Assembly: GCA_002104905.1 (NCBI GenBank)
Contig: MCFE01000008.1
Span: 62,001 to 126,000, forward strand
Direction: 5' to 3'
DNA from: Basidiobolus meristosporus CBS 931.73
Taxonomy: Eukaryota > Fungi > Basidiobolomycota
Length of the DNA stretch: 64,000 nucleotides
Part shown: positions 1 to 14,133 of the stretch, one piece after another
How the letters are laid out: every line of letters starts with the position of its first letter
Position numbering within the stretch: the first letter of the stretch is position 1
The notes under the pieces: generated by a model
Told to the model about the DNA's origin: nothing
The model's database searches: none
Seen by the model: the letters and a program-made list of their open reading frames with translations, nothing else
Position numbers and translations under genes: made by a program

Positions 1-1235
1 CAGACCGCTATGTGAACTAGGGAAGAGTCAGTTTCATTCTGGAAAAACGAGCTACGCCTTGAATTCTGCCAACCAAAGAATCATTAAAAGTAACATCAAA
101 CCAGACTTGAAACCAATCAAGTCGAAAACTCGAAGGGAAACGCCAGGAAAGTCTTATTCTTCCCGGAACCCACATTCTCCTGCCAGTACTGCGAGAAAAG
201 GTGGAATCCCAAAGGATACGAACCGTGGCACACAACCAGCGAACGACATGGCGCCACCTAGCAAAAAGCAAAAAGCCGAGCCGATTCGCGTAGAATTTAC
301 GGAAGCCAAACCTGGGAAGAAGCTGGCAGACCTATCCACTGCCATATTCACTAAAAACCCCTACTTCGTACAATCAGCGCCTCGATATACTGATTTCAAA
401 ATCAAGACACTTCCCGAGGTGCGAGTCAATCAGTATCTTACCTTTATGGGAGAGCATAAATGTATTGTTCGGTTTTTAACTCTGGTACATTAGGTAGCAT
501 TTGTGGGCAGAAGTAATGTTGGGGTATGGTTGATACTAGCAGTGTGTTTATTATCGATGTTTACTTACTGTGCAGATGTAGAAATCATCCGTTATCAACG
601 CACTTGCCAACCGAAATCGTTTGGTGAAGACATCCAAGAGTCCTGTAACTATTCCCTTTATATGATCAAATCTTGTGTCAATGCTTACACGCTGCTCTCA
701 GGGGCACACCAAACTTTTGAATACCTTTTCCATGGCGGACAGGTTGATGCTCGTTGACATGCCAGGTTACGGATTTCGTAGTTGGGACGAGTGGGGTACC
801 ATGAGCATGGACTATTTTAGAGAAAGCACTCGGTAAGTGCACCCAGACTCCACCAGCAGAAGCCAGGCCTCTAAATTTGCTCCACCAGGCTGCGTCGAAT
901 TTTTGTACTAATCGAGGCAACTCACGGCTTCAAGGATAAGGATCAGGATTTGATGTCGTTGTTGGATGGGATGGGTGTTTCGTACCAAGTGAGTGCCCAT
1001 ACTTTGGATTGTTCTTGCACCCGCTGACACTTTTCAAAATCAGGTTGTGCTCACAAAAACCGACAAGCTTTCCAAAACCGCGCTGACGCAAATCCGATCA
1101 GATATAGAAGCTGAGCTATCTCAAAACACGATCAGTTGCTTCCCCCAGGTTTTGCCCGTGAGTGCCAGCAAAAAGCTAGGCGTCGTGGAGCTTCGTTGTG
1201 CAATCTTGGATGCATGCCGGATTAACTCTCAATAA
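1..1235 (+). CDS. EngB/YihA (YsxC)-family GTPase, multi-exon, 5' end probably upstream of the window
   Basis: Manual splicing (introns from ~420, ~524, ~645, ~833) gives LPEVAFVGRSNVGKSS (G1), PGHT (G2), DMPGYG (G3), TKTDK (G4) and SASK (G5). The frame is open back to base 2. Stop at 1233-1235. Confidence 0.85.
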
Positions 1236-1395
1236 AGTGATCAACCCCTAGTCACGTGGCTCCACTCTGTTGAACTTTCCAAATTTGGGTGCGTACGGGT
1301 ACCACTTATGGATCACCCCACTATTGCGGTAAAAGTGAGCAAATAATTTCATCTTAATAAAGAGCTTTGGTAAAGGAGGAAGAAGCGGAACCCCG

Positions 1396-2636
1396 ATGAA
1401 TTCAAAATTGTACATGAACGATTTCGATTTTGAGGCCGATACTGGCAAGCGGCCCAAAGATATTGGTATAACCAGTGGCATAGTACGAGCCGCCATAATG
1501 AAGCCCTTGTATTTTTGGTATAAGACCCCATTGAAGGTTGGTCATATGGAAGTATGCTAGAGTTATCCGAATACTTACCGTTTTCAAAATTCATAGCTCT
1601 TTAGACCGTTGAGAGTAGATTACCTTGGGGTAGTGAAAGCATTGATACCGCCAAAAGAACGCATGGGATACCGCACCTCCTTTGGCATGATCTCTACCGC
1701 AGTCAAACATGGTGGGGTATGGCGAGATACAATGGTGCCTTTTTTCCTCACCTAAGCCTTATTTATTCTGTTGTGTAGTTTGACATTCTTCATCGGTACG
1801 TCCTGCCTCCTCTGTTAGCCAACACTGCCGTTGGCATATCGTTGTTTACTGTATATACCGCGACGCTACTATCTCTGGACCCTGAAACTGGACTCAACCC
1901 GTCTGGGTATAAAACGTTTAGTAATGCCTTTACTGCTGGTGCTTTAGCTGGTGCTGTTTCCTCTACTATAGCAACCCCGCTAGACTCGATACAAGCAAGA
2001 TTCCATGTCCAAGAAATGATTGACGGAAAATATAAAAGCGTTATGGCTTACACTAGAAATATGGTGAAAGAGTTGGGTGTTGCAACTCTCTATCGTGGCC
2101 TGGGGCTAACATTACTAAAGGTAAGCGGTATCCTCGAGAAGGCCTAGATGATCTCTCTAACAAATGAAATTTAGGATTCGCTGGGATACGGCATTTTCTT
2201 CGGAGTTTTCGAGTTGGCTAAGAAGCAGGGATACAAACTTGCTGTGGAGCATGCCAATCGCGACAGAGAGCTAACAGACCCCAACGCTCAGCCGGTTAGA
2301 CCGAAGTTCTGGGTCCAACCGCTACTTGTTCTCGGATCCGGTGCGCTAGCGGCCATATTTTACCAAGCTGTGGACCATCCATTCGAGAGAATTCGCAAAG
2401 TATTCTTCGTCAAAGCGTCCCAGGCTGAAGTCCGGTATCGCACCAAAACCACCTACGTGGAAACCATTCGTGAGTGCATTAGACTTGGTAACAAAAAGGG
2501 CTACCAGCAATTCCTTTTCAAAGGAGTGGTGGGCAATGCACTCAGAGCCGTGCCGGCCTCGTCGCTTGGACTTCTTTGCTTTGAGTATCTGCGAAATGAG
2601 TTTGAACATGACCTGCAGTTGATCAATAGCCTCTAG
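1396..2636 (+). CDS. Mitochondrial carrier family (SLC25) protein, atypical fungal subfamily, multi-exon
   Basis: ATG at 1396. Spliced reading gives KTPLK|LFRPLRVDYL...VLPPLLANTAVG...AGALAGAVSSTIATPLDSIQARF...AVDHPFERIRK...GNALRAVPAS. Px[DE]xx[KR]-type signatures are clear in two modules. Confidence 0.85.
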
Positions 2637-2866
2637 TCATATTTGCATGTAACATTATGTATTCCGCACACATGTATTCCACATCACCCAAATAATACAC
2701 ACCCATTCATCCATATTCATCTCTCCATGTTATCATTGATGAATAGGGCCCCTTTTTGGTGCCCTGGTTTACCCATCTGTATCTTGTCTAATAACGCAGT
2801 CCACAACGAACAATCGAGTACTGTTTCTCTCAACTTGTATCTTTGATATATATATAAACTTGCTTG

Positions 2867-4004
2867 ATGACTTCGCGTCTTAATCTCCCGGCTGTTCGGA
2901 ACACTTTTAACTATGGAGTCGAAGCGTTGAGAAATCACTTGCTTACCATGCCCATTCTGACCTTGGGTATAGCAGTAATCTGCGCTTCTTGTTATTCGAT
3001 ACACGCTTTTACCTGGGGGAAGGTAGATCTTGCAACAGACCTCGGATTGTGGGTGGAAGGTGTGAAATCCGGCCAAGGTAAATCCATGCCAATCTCCTCG
3101 CAAACTTACCACCATTTTAACGTGATTCATGATACCAAGTTTACCGGTTGATTACCTATCCGTTCCCACATGTCGGATTTTTCCACATCTTCTTCAACAT
3201 GATCGCATTTATACCTTTAAGTTCGCATTTTGAGATGTCCTTGGGAACCTTCCGTTATTTCTACATCTTCTTTGTGACATTTACGCTTTTTCCTGCCTCG
3301 TTGTACATCATCATCTCACTCCTGCCCTTCATCGAGACTGGACTCTTGGCCGGAACCACCACTTTAATTTTCATTCTTATTGTATGGGAATGCCGAGCAC
3401 TTCGCCCGCTTAGGTATTTACGCCATCCCCCTGACCCTATTCCCCTGGGCACTGTCATTGATAGGGCACTTTGTATTTTAGTTTCTGTGGCTTATTCACC
3501 ATCCCCGCCGTCGCTTATCCACCTCTGTTGCTCTTAATCACCTCGGTATTGTTTTCTGGCGCAGTGTTCTGGGGACACTTTATAGCGATGTCAGTTGGAT
3601 ATGCATGTAAGCTATATGGTTTACCCGATACACCCTACGCTCCGCACTAACCAGCCAATTTCTCGTTGGAAGATAACTACAACCTCCTGAAGTACATCAC
3701 CCCAGCCACCACCTATTTCCAAAAAATGGAGGAGCGCGCATTCCTTACCAAAGTTGTCAATCACCCACGCTTTGTACGTGTAGAGCAGTATGGACTTTTA
3801 CCCACCTCCCAAGCAGATATCGACGGCCCTTCGAGCGCCAACGTAGACTCTAGTAGCGGCATGTAATGCAATCTAACCTATTCCATGCTTGTTCCTTCCC
3901 AAGGACTAACCCAGTGTCTTACTACAACCAATCCGCCGAACAGCTCATCCAATAATGCAGCATTCGTTCCATTCTCAGGACCCGGACGTAGCTTAGATGG
4001 TTAA
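2867..4004 (+). CDS. Rhomboid-family membrane protein (Rbd2/RHBDD-like) with non-canonical catalytic motif and C-terminal SHP box
   Basis: Spliced QVYRLITYPFPHVGFFHIFFNM (rhomboid L1/TM2), AGTTTLIF at the GxSG position, and FWGHF in TM6. The last exon FVPFSGPGRSLDG* ends at 4004. The final splice junction (~3858-3914) is uncertain. Confidence 0.75.
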
Positions 4005-4301
4005 CTGATTTTGGCCGTTTGTTTAGTACCAAGCTGACAAAAGGCTTGGCTTGATTAATAGTGAATGATCGGAATAAACCCAATTTACACAACCACTGCA
4101 TCTTGATGGGTGGATGTTGATTAAATGATATCCGCAAAGTGCAATACTGATTCCACGATATCCGCCTGGTTCCCGAAAAAAAAAAATCATGGATCACCAT
4201 CGTCTAGAAAGAAAAAAAGGCTTCAGCAGGACCATAGGGTACTTTCCGACGGGTGGTTATTCTCGAAGTTTGACTTTTGGTTATTTTCCTACCTTCTATC
4301 C

Positions 4302-5212
4302 ATGAGTGCTGTTAAACGCAAAGACACCGATGCCTTTATGGTGCCAAAGGCTCCTAAGATTCCAAAGACCAAGGCCGAGCGTGAGAATTCTCGTCGGTTG
4401 ATTGTGATTCTCGAATCGGCCTGTCTCGAAACCTACAAAATCGGTAAGAACAAGGAAGCTCGCTATCAGCTGCTCAACTGCGATGACCATCAAGGCATTT
4501 TGAAAAAGATGGGCAAAGAGATCGCGGATTCACGTCCCGACATTACCCACCAGGTTTGTGTTGCCTGAGACATCATCGCGAGGAATCTCCTATTTACCAT
4601 ATCTTATATTCGTTCAGTGTCTTCTCACCCTCCTGGATAGTCCCTTGAACAAGGCCGGTTTGCTTCAGGTCTATATTCATACCGCCAAGAACGTCCTGAT
4701 TGAAGTCAACCCTCACGTTCGTATTCCCAGAACATTCAAGCGTTTCTCGGGACTCATGGGTAATTGAAGCCACCAGCCTCTCTGCATGCAACACCACACT
4801 AACCTCATATCACGCTTTAGTCCAACTGCTTCATAAATTGAGCATTCGCTCGGTTAACGGCTCAGAGAAGCTTTTGAAAGTCATCAAAAACCCTATCACA
4901 GATCATCTCCCAGCCAACTCCAAGAAGATTTGTACGGAACAATGCGCATATGGATTTGTAGACCCAACTCTAATCAGACATTATCTAGGCTTCTCTTTTG
5001 ACGCACCCACTGTTCGCCTTTCCGAGTGGGTAAAGACTATTCCCGAGGACCAAAACCTCGTCGTCTCCATCGGTGCTTTGGCTCACGGTGAAGATAACTT
5101 TGCCGATGCCTATGTTGACGAAAAGATTGGTATCAGCGAGTACCCATTGTCTGCCTCCGTTGCATGTGGAAAGGTTTGCTGTGCTCTTGAAGATTTGTGG
5201 GGAATCTTATAA
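4302..5212 (+). CDS. EMG1: 18S rRNA pseudouridine N1-methyltransferase Nep1/Emg1
   Basis: [71 protein letters not shown]; several short introns. Confidence 0.97.
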
Positions 5213-5442
5213 ACATCAACATTGTGACATGCATTACATATGTAAAATTTATTTAAATTTGGAATAGAATATTAAGATAATAAATGCCGAAGCAGAGATC
5301 GAAAATTCATTCATTTGCATTTGGAGTAACCACCGAATCTTGGTAGCCACTGCGGAAGTTCCTCTTTTCCCTTGGTATTCGAAGCTCAGCGAGACTTCAT
5401 TTCTTCTTGCCACGAGGTGCAAAAGGCGCTATCGCTTTCCCC

Positions 5443-5892
5443 ATGTTTTTTGTCGTTTCTCGTTTCGTACGCGCCACAGCCGTCCTCAAAGGACTTGTGT
5501 TCCCACTGCTTTCCACCCAAACTCGCTTTACCCGAAACCTTTCTGTCATTCGGAGACCGGCCGTTGTTCCCTTACACATCAAGTCTCTATTCCTCCGACA
5601 GTTTCAAACCACTCCGCATGCTCGGGTCAGTAATATCCTAAACCCCGACCACCCGGTTGTGAGTCGTGCACTTCAAGACAAGCAAATAACCGAGGCTTTG
5701 GATTCGCTCTTTGCCGTGTTGCGTCGTAGAGGAATCACCTGGAATCCCGAGCAACCACCTGGTATGTTGGCCATGTTGAGGTTGTGGAACGATGCCGAGA
5801 TTCGGCCCAAGGCGCAGGAGATATATGACTGGAGTATCAAGCACCAGATAAAGCTTGACATGGCAGTACTGAAAAGTATGTTCAGAGCTTAA
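5443..5892 (+). CDS. Hypothetical ~149-aa protein with Arg/Ser-rich N-terminus resembling a mitochondrial presequence
   Basis: Intronless ORF with ATG at 5443, N-terminus lacking acidic residues, helical C-terminal half. No family recognised. Confidence 0.6.
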   Translation: MFFVVSRFVRATAVLKGLVFPLLSTQTRFTRNLSVIRRPAVVPLHIKSLFLRQFQTTPHARVSNILNPDHPVVSRALQDKQITEALDSLFAVLRRRGITWNPEQPPGMLAMLRLWNDAEIRPKAQEIYDWSIKHQIKLDMAVLKSMFRA

Positions 5893-5991
5893 GCAATTTA
5901 TTAACTTCTCTAAATTGACTGAATAAAAAACCCCGGGCTTCTTGACGCTAGTTTGGTTTCGCGATAAAAGTACATATGTAACAATGCCAGT

Positions 5992-7867
<1,876 letters not shown>

Positions 7868-8297
7868 ATATTTAACAAAGCTATTAGAGACAGGATGTGA
7901 GGTTCTTTACCGATGCCGGGGTCTTCGTTGACATTATGTCGGTCCTTACTAAAGACAGTTAATCAGGTATGGGCCTTCTATTCGGTTACTCCGTGTTCAA
8001 GTAACGACGCTTTAAGCGCTGACTGTGTTGAAGTACTCACACCAAGTACACTTGGTACGTACGGCTAACCATGATGCCTGCAGCATTATAACCTCTATCC
8101 AATTCTCCTCCAATCCAATTAAGCCAGTACATCAACAATTATGGGTGATTATTGATCCATCTGAAGGATTTTAGCCAATAAATCAGCCCTCTAATCTCAG
8201 ATATATAATATTTTAGTGGTATTAAGGTAATCAGATGATAGCACTGATGTTTGCACGGATGATGGCACGGATGAAAATCTATACAATTTGCCTAGGT

Positions 8298-10396
8298 CTA
8301 GGTATATGAATATTGGGGTCCGTCCCCGCCTTCAGGAACAGTCCAGTCAATATTCTGTGAAGGATCCTTAATATCACAAGTCTTGCAATGCAAGCAGTTC
8401 TGTGAATTGATCTGCAGCCTCTTGTGGCCAGGCTTTGATTCATCATCGACATATTCGTATACGTTGGCAGGGCAGAAGCGATTCTCTGGTCCGTCGAAAA
8501 CTCCCAGATTCCGCTGGACCGGTAGTTCTTGACTACGAAGTTTAAGGTGAACTGGCTGGTTTTCAGCGTGATTGGTTCCGCTGCGGGCTAAATTCTCGAG
8601 CAACTCGAACGAGATTTCCCCGTCAGGCTTGGGGTAATCGATACGCTTACACTCCTTGGCTGGTTTGAGCATAGCATAGTCGGGAGCCGGGTGTTTGAAG
8701 GTCCACGGAACTCTTCCTTTCAGAAAGAGGGTGTCCAAACCGGAATATATGACTCCGCCAAATAGACCTAGAGGGTTGTGGAAGGAGGGCCTGACATTAC
8801 GAACTTGGTAGAGCTCTTCCCAGACCCAGGATTCTTTGAGCTTTTCTTCGTAAGAATTTAATGTGATAGGCCCTGTCTCATCGCCCTCCTTGGAAAGTGC
8901 TTCGAAAGCTGCTTCAGCAGCAATCATCCCACTTTTCATCGCAGTATGGGTGCCTTTGATCTTGGGTACGTTCAAGAAACCCGCTGTGCAGCCAATCAGC
9001 GCGCCACCGGGAAATACCAACTTGGGGATTGATTGATAGCCCCCCTCGTTCAAAGCTCTTGCACCGTAGGAGATACACTTTCCACCCTCCAAGTATTTCT
9101 TGATGGCAGAGTGTTGCTTGAATCGCTGGAATTCCTTGTAGGGATTGAGATACGGGTTTTCATAATCAAGGGCCACAACATAGCCGATGCTGACAAGGTT
9201 GTTCTCCATATGATACACAAAGGAGCCAGCATACGTTTTGTAATCCACTGGCCAGCCGACTGTATGGAGCACTAGACCAGGGTTATGTTTAGCGGGATCA
9301 ATCTCCCAAACCTCTTTTAAACCGATGGCGTAGGTCTGAGGCTGGCAATTCTCACGCAGGTTGAATTTTCGGAACAGTGTCTTGGTTAGAGAGCCATGGC
9401 ATCCCTCGCCAAATAACGTGACTTTCCCATGAATCTCCATACCTCTCTCGTAGCTTTCCTGTACAAAATCAACAATCAGTCAGCCCCAGAATCCAACATC
9501 GAGGTGAATCATCCAGATTCGATACCTTGGGTTTTCCATTTTTGTCCAGACCCACATCGTTGGTGGCGATGCCTTTCACTCGTCCCTCTTCATCGTAGAG
9601 AACCTGACGACTCGGTGAGCAATGGTGATTCCCAACATACATCTCGCAAACACTCACCTCGCTAGCTGCGATACCAGGATAAACGTCGACGCCAAGCTCC
9701 TCAGCCTGTTCTCCTAGCCATTTGGTGAAATTATTCAAACTAACGATATAATTTCCTTTGTTGCTCATTTGGGGCGGGTGGGGCATCGGAATGGCAAATT
9801 TCTCGGTAAGAAAGAGCATCTTGTCTTCCAGGGCGGGCTGATTCAACGGCGCCTTAGGAGTGATGACAATCGTGAGTTGACGCGAATTATTCTAGAAATC
9901 AAACTTCATACATACGCCCTTCGCAGCCCAATCCGGAATGAGCTCCTCCAAGGCTCTAGGCTCGAGCACAGCACCGGAAAGTGTGTGGGCACCTAAAAAG
10001 ATGAATGTCAGGGCACAGCTCATACACCGAAGCCTGTCTTCCACTGATCTTACCGATTTCACCAGCCTTTTCCACCACAACCACCTTGATTTCCTTGTCC
10101 GCCTTAATAGCAAGTTGTTTGAGCTTTATTGCGGCCGATAAGCCTGCAGGGCCACCACCGACTATGATGACATCCGTTTCGTCAACAAATCTCTCCGCTT
10201 TGGTGGGGTCTTCCTCTGAAGCGAAGGTCCTGATAGGGGTGGCTGAAAAAGCGCGTCTGTTCTCGTGAAGCAGCGATCTGGCCTGCGCGACGACCTGTGT
10301 GGGTTTGATCTGGGAAAGGGTAAAGAAACATCTAGTTTTGAGGGATCTAGCCAGTGCTAGACCACAAAGGCCCCTTTGGAGGCGGAGAGAGGCCAT
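8298..10396 (-). CDS. ETFDH: Electron transfer flavoprotein-ubiquinone oxidoreductase (ETF-QO)
   Basis: Presequence [11 protein letters not shown] motif [46 protein letters not shown], 4Fe-4S motif CPANVYE...[13 protein letters not shown]; multi-exon. Confidence 0.97.
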
Positions 10397-11645
10397 GGTG
10401 CGGGTTGTCACAAAAAGGACCAAGAAGGCAGGAAAATAGGACTGACGTGAGCAATGCACCAGATCAATATTTATACTCTGGCAACCACCGATCACCTGTA
10501 TCTTCCAATACCCGATATAAAATCCCATTTTCCTGGAGACCCACTTTACCAATGAGGTTAATCTGACTTGGAATCAGGGATTTTCATATCCAGAACCCTG
10601 CAAATTCTAGATGCATGACAGAACATGCAGCGCCGACAACAATCGGTTAAATCATCACGTCCCGCCAGTCAGACGATGCCTCATCGAGTCAAGCTTGGAA
10701 TAAATCAGGGACTGAGGTATCGTACTGACAACAAGTGATTTCTATGGTTATTCGTAAGTTGGAGATACACCGGAAAAGCAGTCTATATCTCTGCCATAGC
10801 ACACTTGGTGTTACACACAAAGTGGCAAGATAATGATAAGATACTCGCACATCGTATTGGTGTAACGCGTCTGCTGGGTGAGTGATGTTGATTCATGAGC
10901 CCAGTGAAATGTTTCCAACGGAGAGCTGAATTAAGCCATGCGATTTCTTAATTGGTATGGATATATTTATTCTTTAGATAGTCGGATAATTAGATACCCT
11001 ATGCGCTATAGGTTGCATAATCGATGGCAAGTGTGTGGTTTATGTCGGTTTGTCTGGCCAGTCTGTTGACAGGGTGCGGAGATTCCACTTGAGGCTCTTG
11101 GGGAATTCCGTAAAAGTCCCAACCACCATAAATCAAAGACGAATATGTACCCATTTGAATTCGTCAGCCATTGGTGAAGAATAAGGTTGAATCGAAGGAT
11201 GTCAACTATCTCAGATGATCGAGCTGAGCGAATGAAATCAACTGTGCTCACACGAGAAATCCCGAGTGGTGCATTACGGGGTGAGCCAATTCGCTTTTGT
11301 CCTTCATATCCAAATGTGGCGAAGAATCTTCGAGCCAAACAGTTCGTTTCTGACAAGTAGATTTGGAGGGAATTACAAATGGACATGCGATATTTATTTA
11401 CTTTTGATCGGCTAGAAAGTGGTGGATGAGCCCTGTGAACATACTACGTGATGGACGCTGCTACTACAGATATTGCTACATACTAAAAGGGGTGTGAAGG
11501 GGCGGATTTATATTTGACAGAATACATCCAAGTATATATACAATTTGAGATATGTTATATTGTATGTACAGTGCTAAGAAACGGAGGACAATGCAGGCAG
11601 GATACGTGCCATCACGCACTATAGGTTCGATGTAACATGGAACCA

Positions 11646-12332
11646 CTAAAACTCTCTACGCTTGATATCCAAGATAATCAGGATTGTGGCAGTGACCCAA
11701 CTAAGGAAGCAAGAAACCACCAAGCTGGTCGAGAGATATAGTACGCTGCATCCTAGGTATCCATTTGAAACATAACACCTATTCCGACGAAGGTATAAAT
11801 CGAGCAACGCTCCAGCCCAGAATAAAGATATGGTTAGGTGAACCAACAAGTGTAGGACTGCTCGACTGTGTCTATGTGGTCGACATAGTAATAGCGGTAT
11901 CCGCTCATTGACCGGACAGTCTAAAGCCTTGGAGGCATCGAGAAGTACAGGAGGCTGGTAGCAGATTCTACGACGCGCCCAGTTCGTCAAATAAGTTATG
12001 GCGATTATCGTTGAGAGGACCCCGCAGATTGCCAACCAACAGGTGGTAGAGCTTATCCCACAGGTATCAATAAAGTGGAATACCGACACTATAGATCCGA
12101 TGCTAGTTACAAGAACTAACCAACGGATCAGTAGCATGGGCCAACGATAGTATCGAGTTCGCTTCCTCTCTAGCCTGGGAGAAAGAAACTCTGGGGGAAT
12201 GAAGGAGACGTAATTGGGTTTAAAGGAAGAGTCGACGGTTCGGACCGAAGTTGAATCAGTGGAGGAATCGAGATCTTCCTCGAGAGACGGTAGGTTTTCA
12301 CGCGAAGGTGTGTTGGTATTAATGTGTATCAT
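11646..12332 (-). CDS. Four-TM MARVEL-like membrane protein (228 aa)
   Basis: Single ORF with a Ser/Asp-rich N-tail and four hydrophobic helices spaced like MARVEL domains. The family call is inference. Confidence 0.6.
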   Translation of the reverse strand: MIHINTNTPSRENLPSLEEDLDSSTDSTSVRTVDSSFKPNYVSFIPPEFLSPRLERKRTRYYRWPMLLIRWLVLVTSIGSIVSVFHFIDTCGISSTTCWLAICGVLSTIIAITYLTNWARRRICYQPPVLLDASKALDCPVNERIPLLLCRPHRHSRAVLHLLVHLTISLFWAGALLDLYLRRNRCYVSNGYLGCSVLYLSTSLVVSCFLSWVTATILIILDIKRREF

Positions 12333-13557
12333 GCTGGTTACTCGTTTAGTAAAAATGGATCGAATGAAAATGCATGAATTCTGTAGGGATGATGATATGG
12401 TGAAATGAAATGAAGCGAAGGGAGAGAAACTCTAACGAAATTGGGGAGAAGGGGTGGGTTATATAGAAAGGCAGAGCACCAAATCACGGCCCAAAATGAC
12501 CAGCCTTGTACCCAATAAGATTTCTAGAAATCAGATGTGAAAATTCTAGATTCCAAAAAAGTCAATGAACAGGAGTCCAATGAAGAAATCGGTCCCTATA
12601 TCAATCAAAATCACGTCTGGCAGCGGTGATACTCGACTACAACCAGAGAGGATGGTTGATTTTATACACCCCGAGCAGCCATGTAGGCAAGCGCAATGCA
12701 GAAAACGTGACCGAGTGCCTAGAAACCTAAAGTATGATGACAATCCCTGTGCAGGTGAGCGCCGGTCTCTAGTGATTCAGTACAGCCCAAACTTGGCCCA
12801 CACACGGTAGCGACTTCCACATAGGCCATGTTCTCTGAATTAGGCAATGGACCGTTTACACAATCCCAATGGTGCTAGGCTTTGTGTTACCACCACTCTG
12901 ACTCCTTTTCTACCACACCGTGATTCGCCGCAATGTTCGATGGTGTCTAAGAGTCAATTATATCGATAAAATGCATCTCCCATAAGGAGGTGATTCAGGT
13001 CACCGTGATTACGGTATTACGTAAATATTTTAATCTACTGACTAATGTTGCCAGCATCAGTCAACCAAAGCCCATGTTCCCAGAAACCAGGAACCTGTGG
13101 GAGGCGTACCAAGCCTGGTGGTTAATACAATTCCCGAGTATATACCCTTCATTTACCAACGATCATAATTCTCTCTATGCATTGGTCGGTGTTTCAGAAT
13201 ACTCAATCCAAGTATCTGTGTTACGATTCCTGTTTGCACACCTGTCTTGCAGATGGCTCCCATCAACGAAGCTTCATGGTGTTGAGCACATGTCTATAAA
13301 AAGCTAGTCAGAGCATGGATCAGATCAACCCCAACCTCTACAGTATCTAATGGCTGATGCTTTGACATCATCAATGGTTCTAGATGTTCGATGACATAGA
13401 AATTACGTTGTGGAGTCAGACCTGCAGTCTCGATTTATTCAGGAGAATAAACAACATTTGCTAAGTTAGACTAGCTTCCGTATCCATGTATGGATGCGAC
13501 GGTAAGGTAGTACGGTACGCATCCCTCTACCTTGCGTGAAGGTACTCCCTCGCTTAC

Positions 13558-14133
13558 TTAAACACGGGAAGGATACATCATGACACGGACGGAGGCGCCG
13601 AAGGAGTGAGGGGGCAAGTTGCTTCTGAACTTGGCCTTGACAACTCCAGAGTTTCCGTGAGGGCGGGTGACACGGCCCCAGATGACTCTGACCTTGGATC
13701 CGTTGATCTCACGCTTGGCACGGTAGACATAGGCTACTCTCTTGCCAAGGTAGAATTGGGTGTCCTCCTTGGTGGCGACGTTCTCGAGTTGGATCAAGGA
13801 GGTGTTGACTCTTTGGTTACGCTTGGCGCGCTTGAAGCCTAGGACGCGGCCTTTGGAGTAAAGACTAGATAGCCAGGCAAGAGATACAGAGAGTAGGTTA
13901 GTACGATGCCGATCAATATTTCCTTCATTACGCATCCATCTTTGAGCTCTGTGTTTGATCCAATAATACTGTTTCCATTATCTTGAGAGGGCAGCCAATA
14001 CTGTTCCTATTGAGACCGTCCACTCATTATCTGCACTATCTTCATCGCTATTCTCCAGAGCTCTAAGATGGATGTAAGCGATGCCTAAAGGATATTGGCT
14101 ATAAGAAGGACCTTACCGAACTGGTTGAGCCAT
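13558..14133 (-). CDS. RPL35A: 60S ribosomal protein eL33 (L35a / yeast L33), copy 1; 17-nt exon 1, 252-nt intron
   Basis: Exon 1 ATGGCTCAACCAGTTCG (14133-14117), GTAAGG...CTAAC...TAG intron 14116-13865, exon 2 [17 protein letters not shown]...RVMMYPSRV*. Confidence 0.97.

Noticed and set aside
11006-11386. 126-aa minus-strand ORF
   Set aside because: No recognisable motif or splice structure. It could be a small orphan gene but is not supportable.
12750-13307. 105-aa ORF and an intron-like GTAAAT...CTAAT...CAG (13021-13054)
   Set aside because: No coherent gene model could be built, so it was left unannotated.
13606-13842. Antisense ORFs over both eL33 genes, NOP14, MNS1, ETFDH and the retroelements
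   Set aside because: Shadow frames of real coding sequence. The similarity between the two eL33 antisense ORFs only reflects exon identity.
13950-14060. Canonical C/D or H/ACA snoRNA in the eL33 copy 1 intron loop
   Set aside because: Only imperfect boxes (GCGATGA, ATAATGA, terminal ACA), with no CTGA D box or recognisable rRNA guide. Kept only as a possibility within the hairpin finding.
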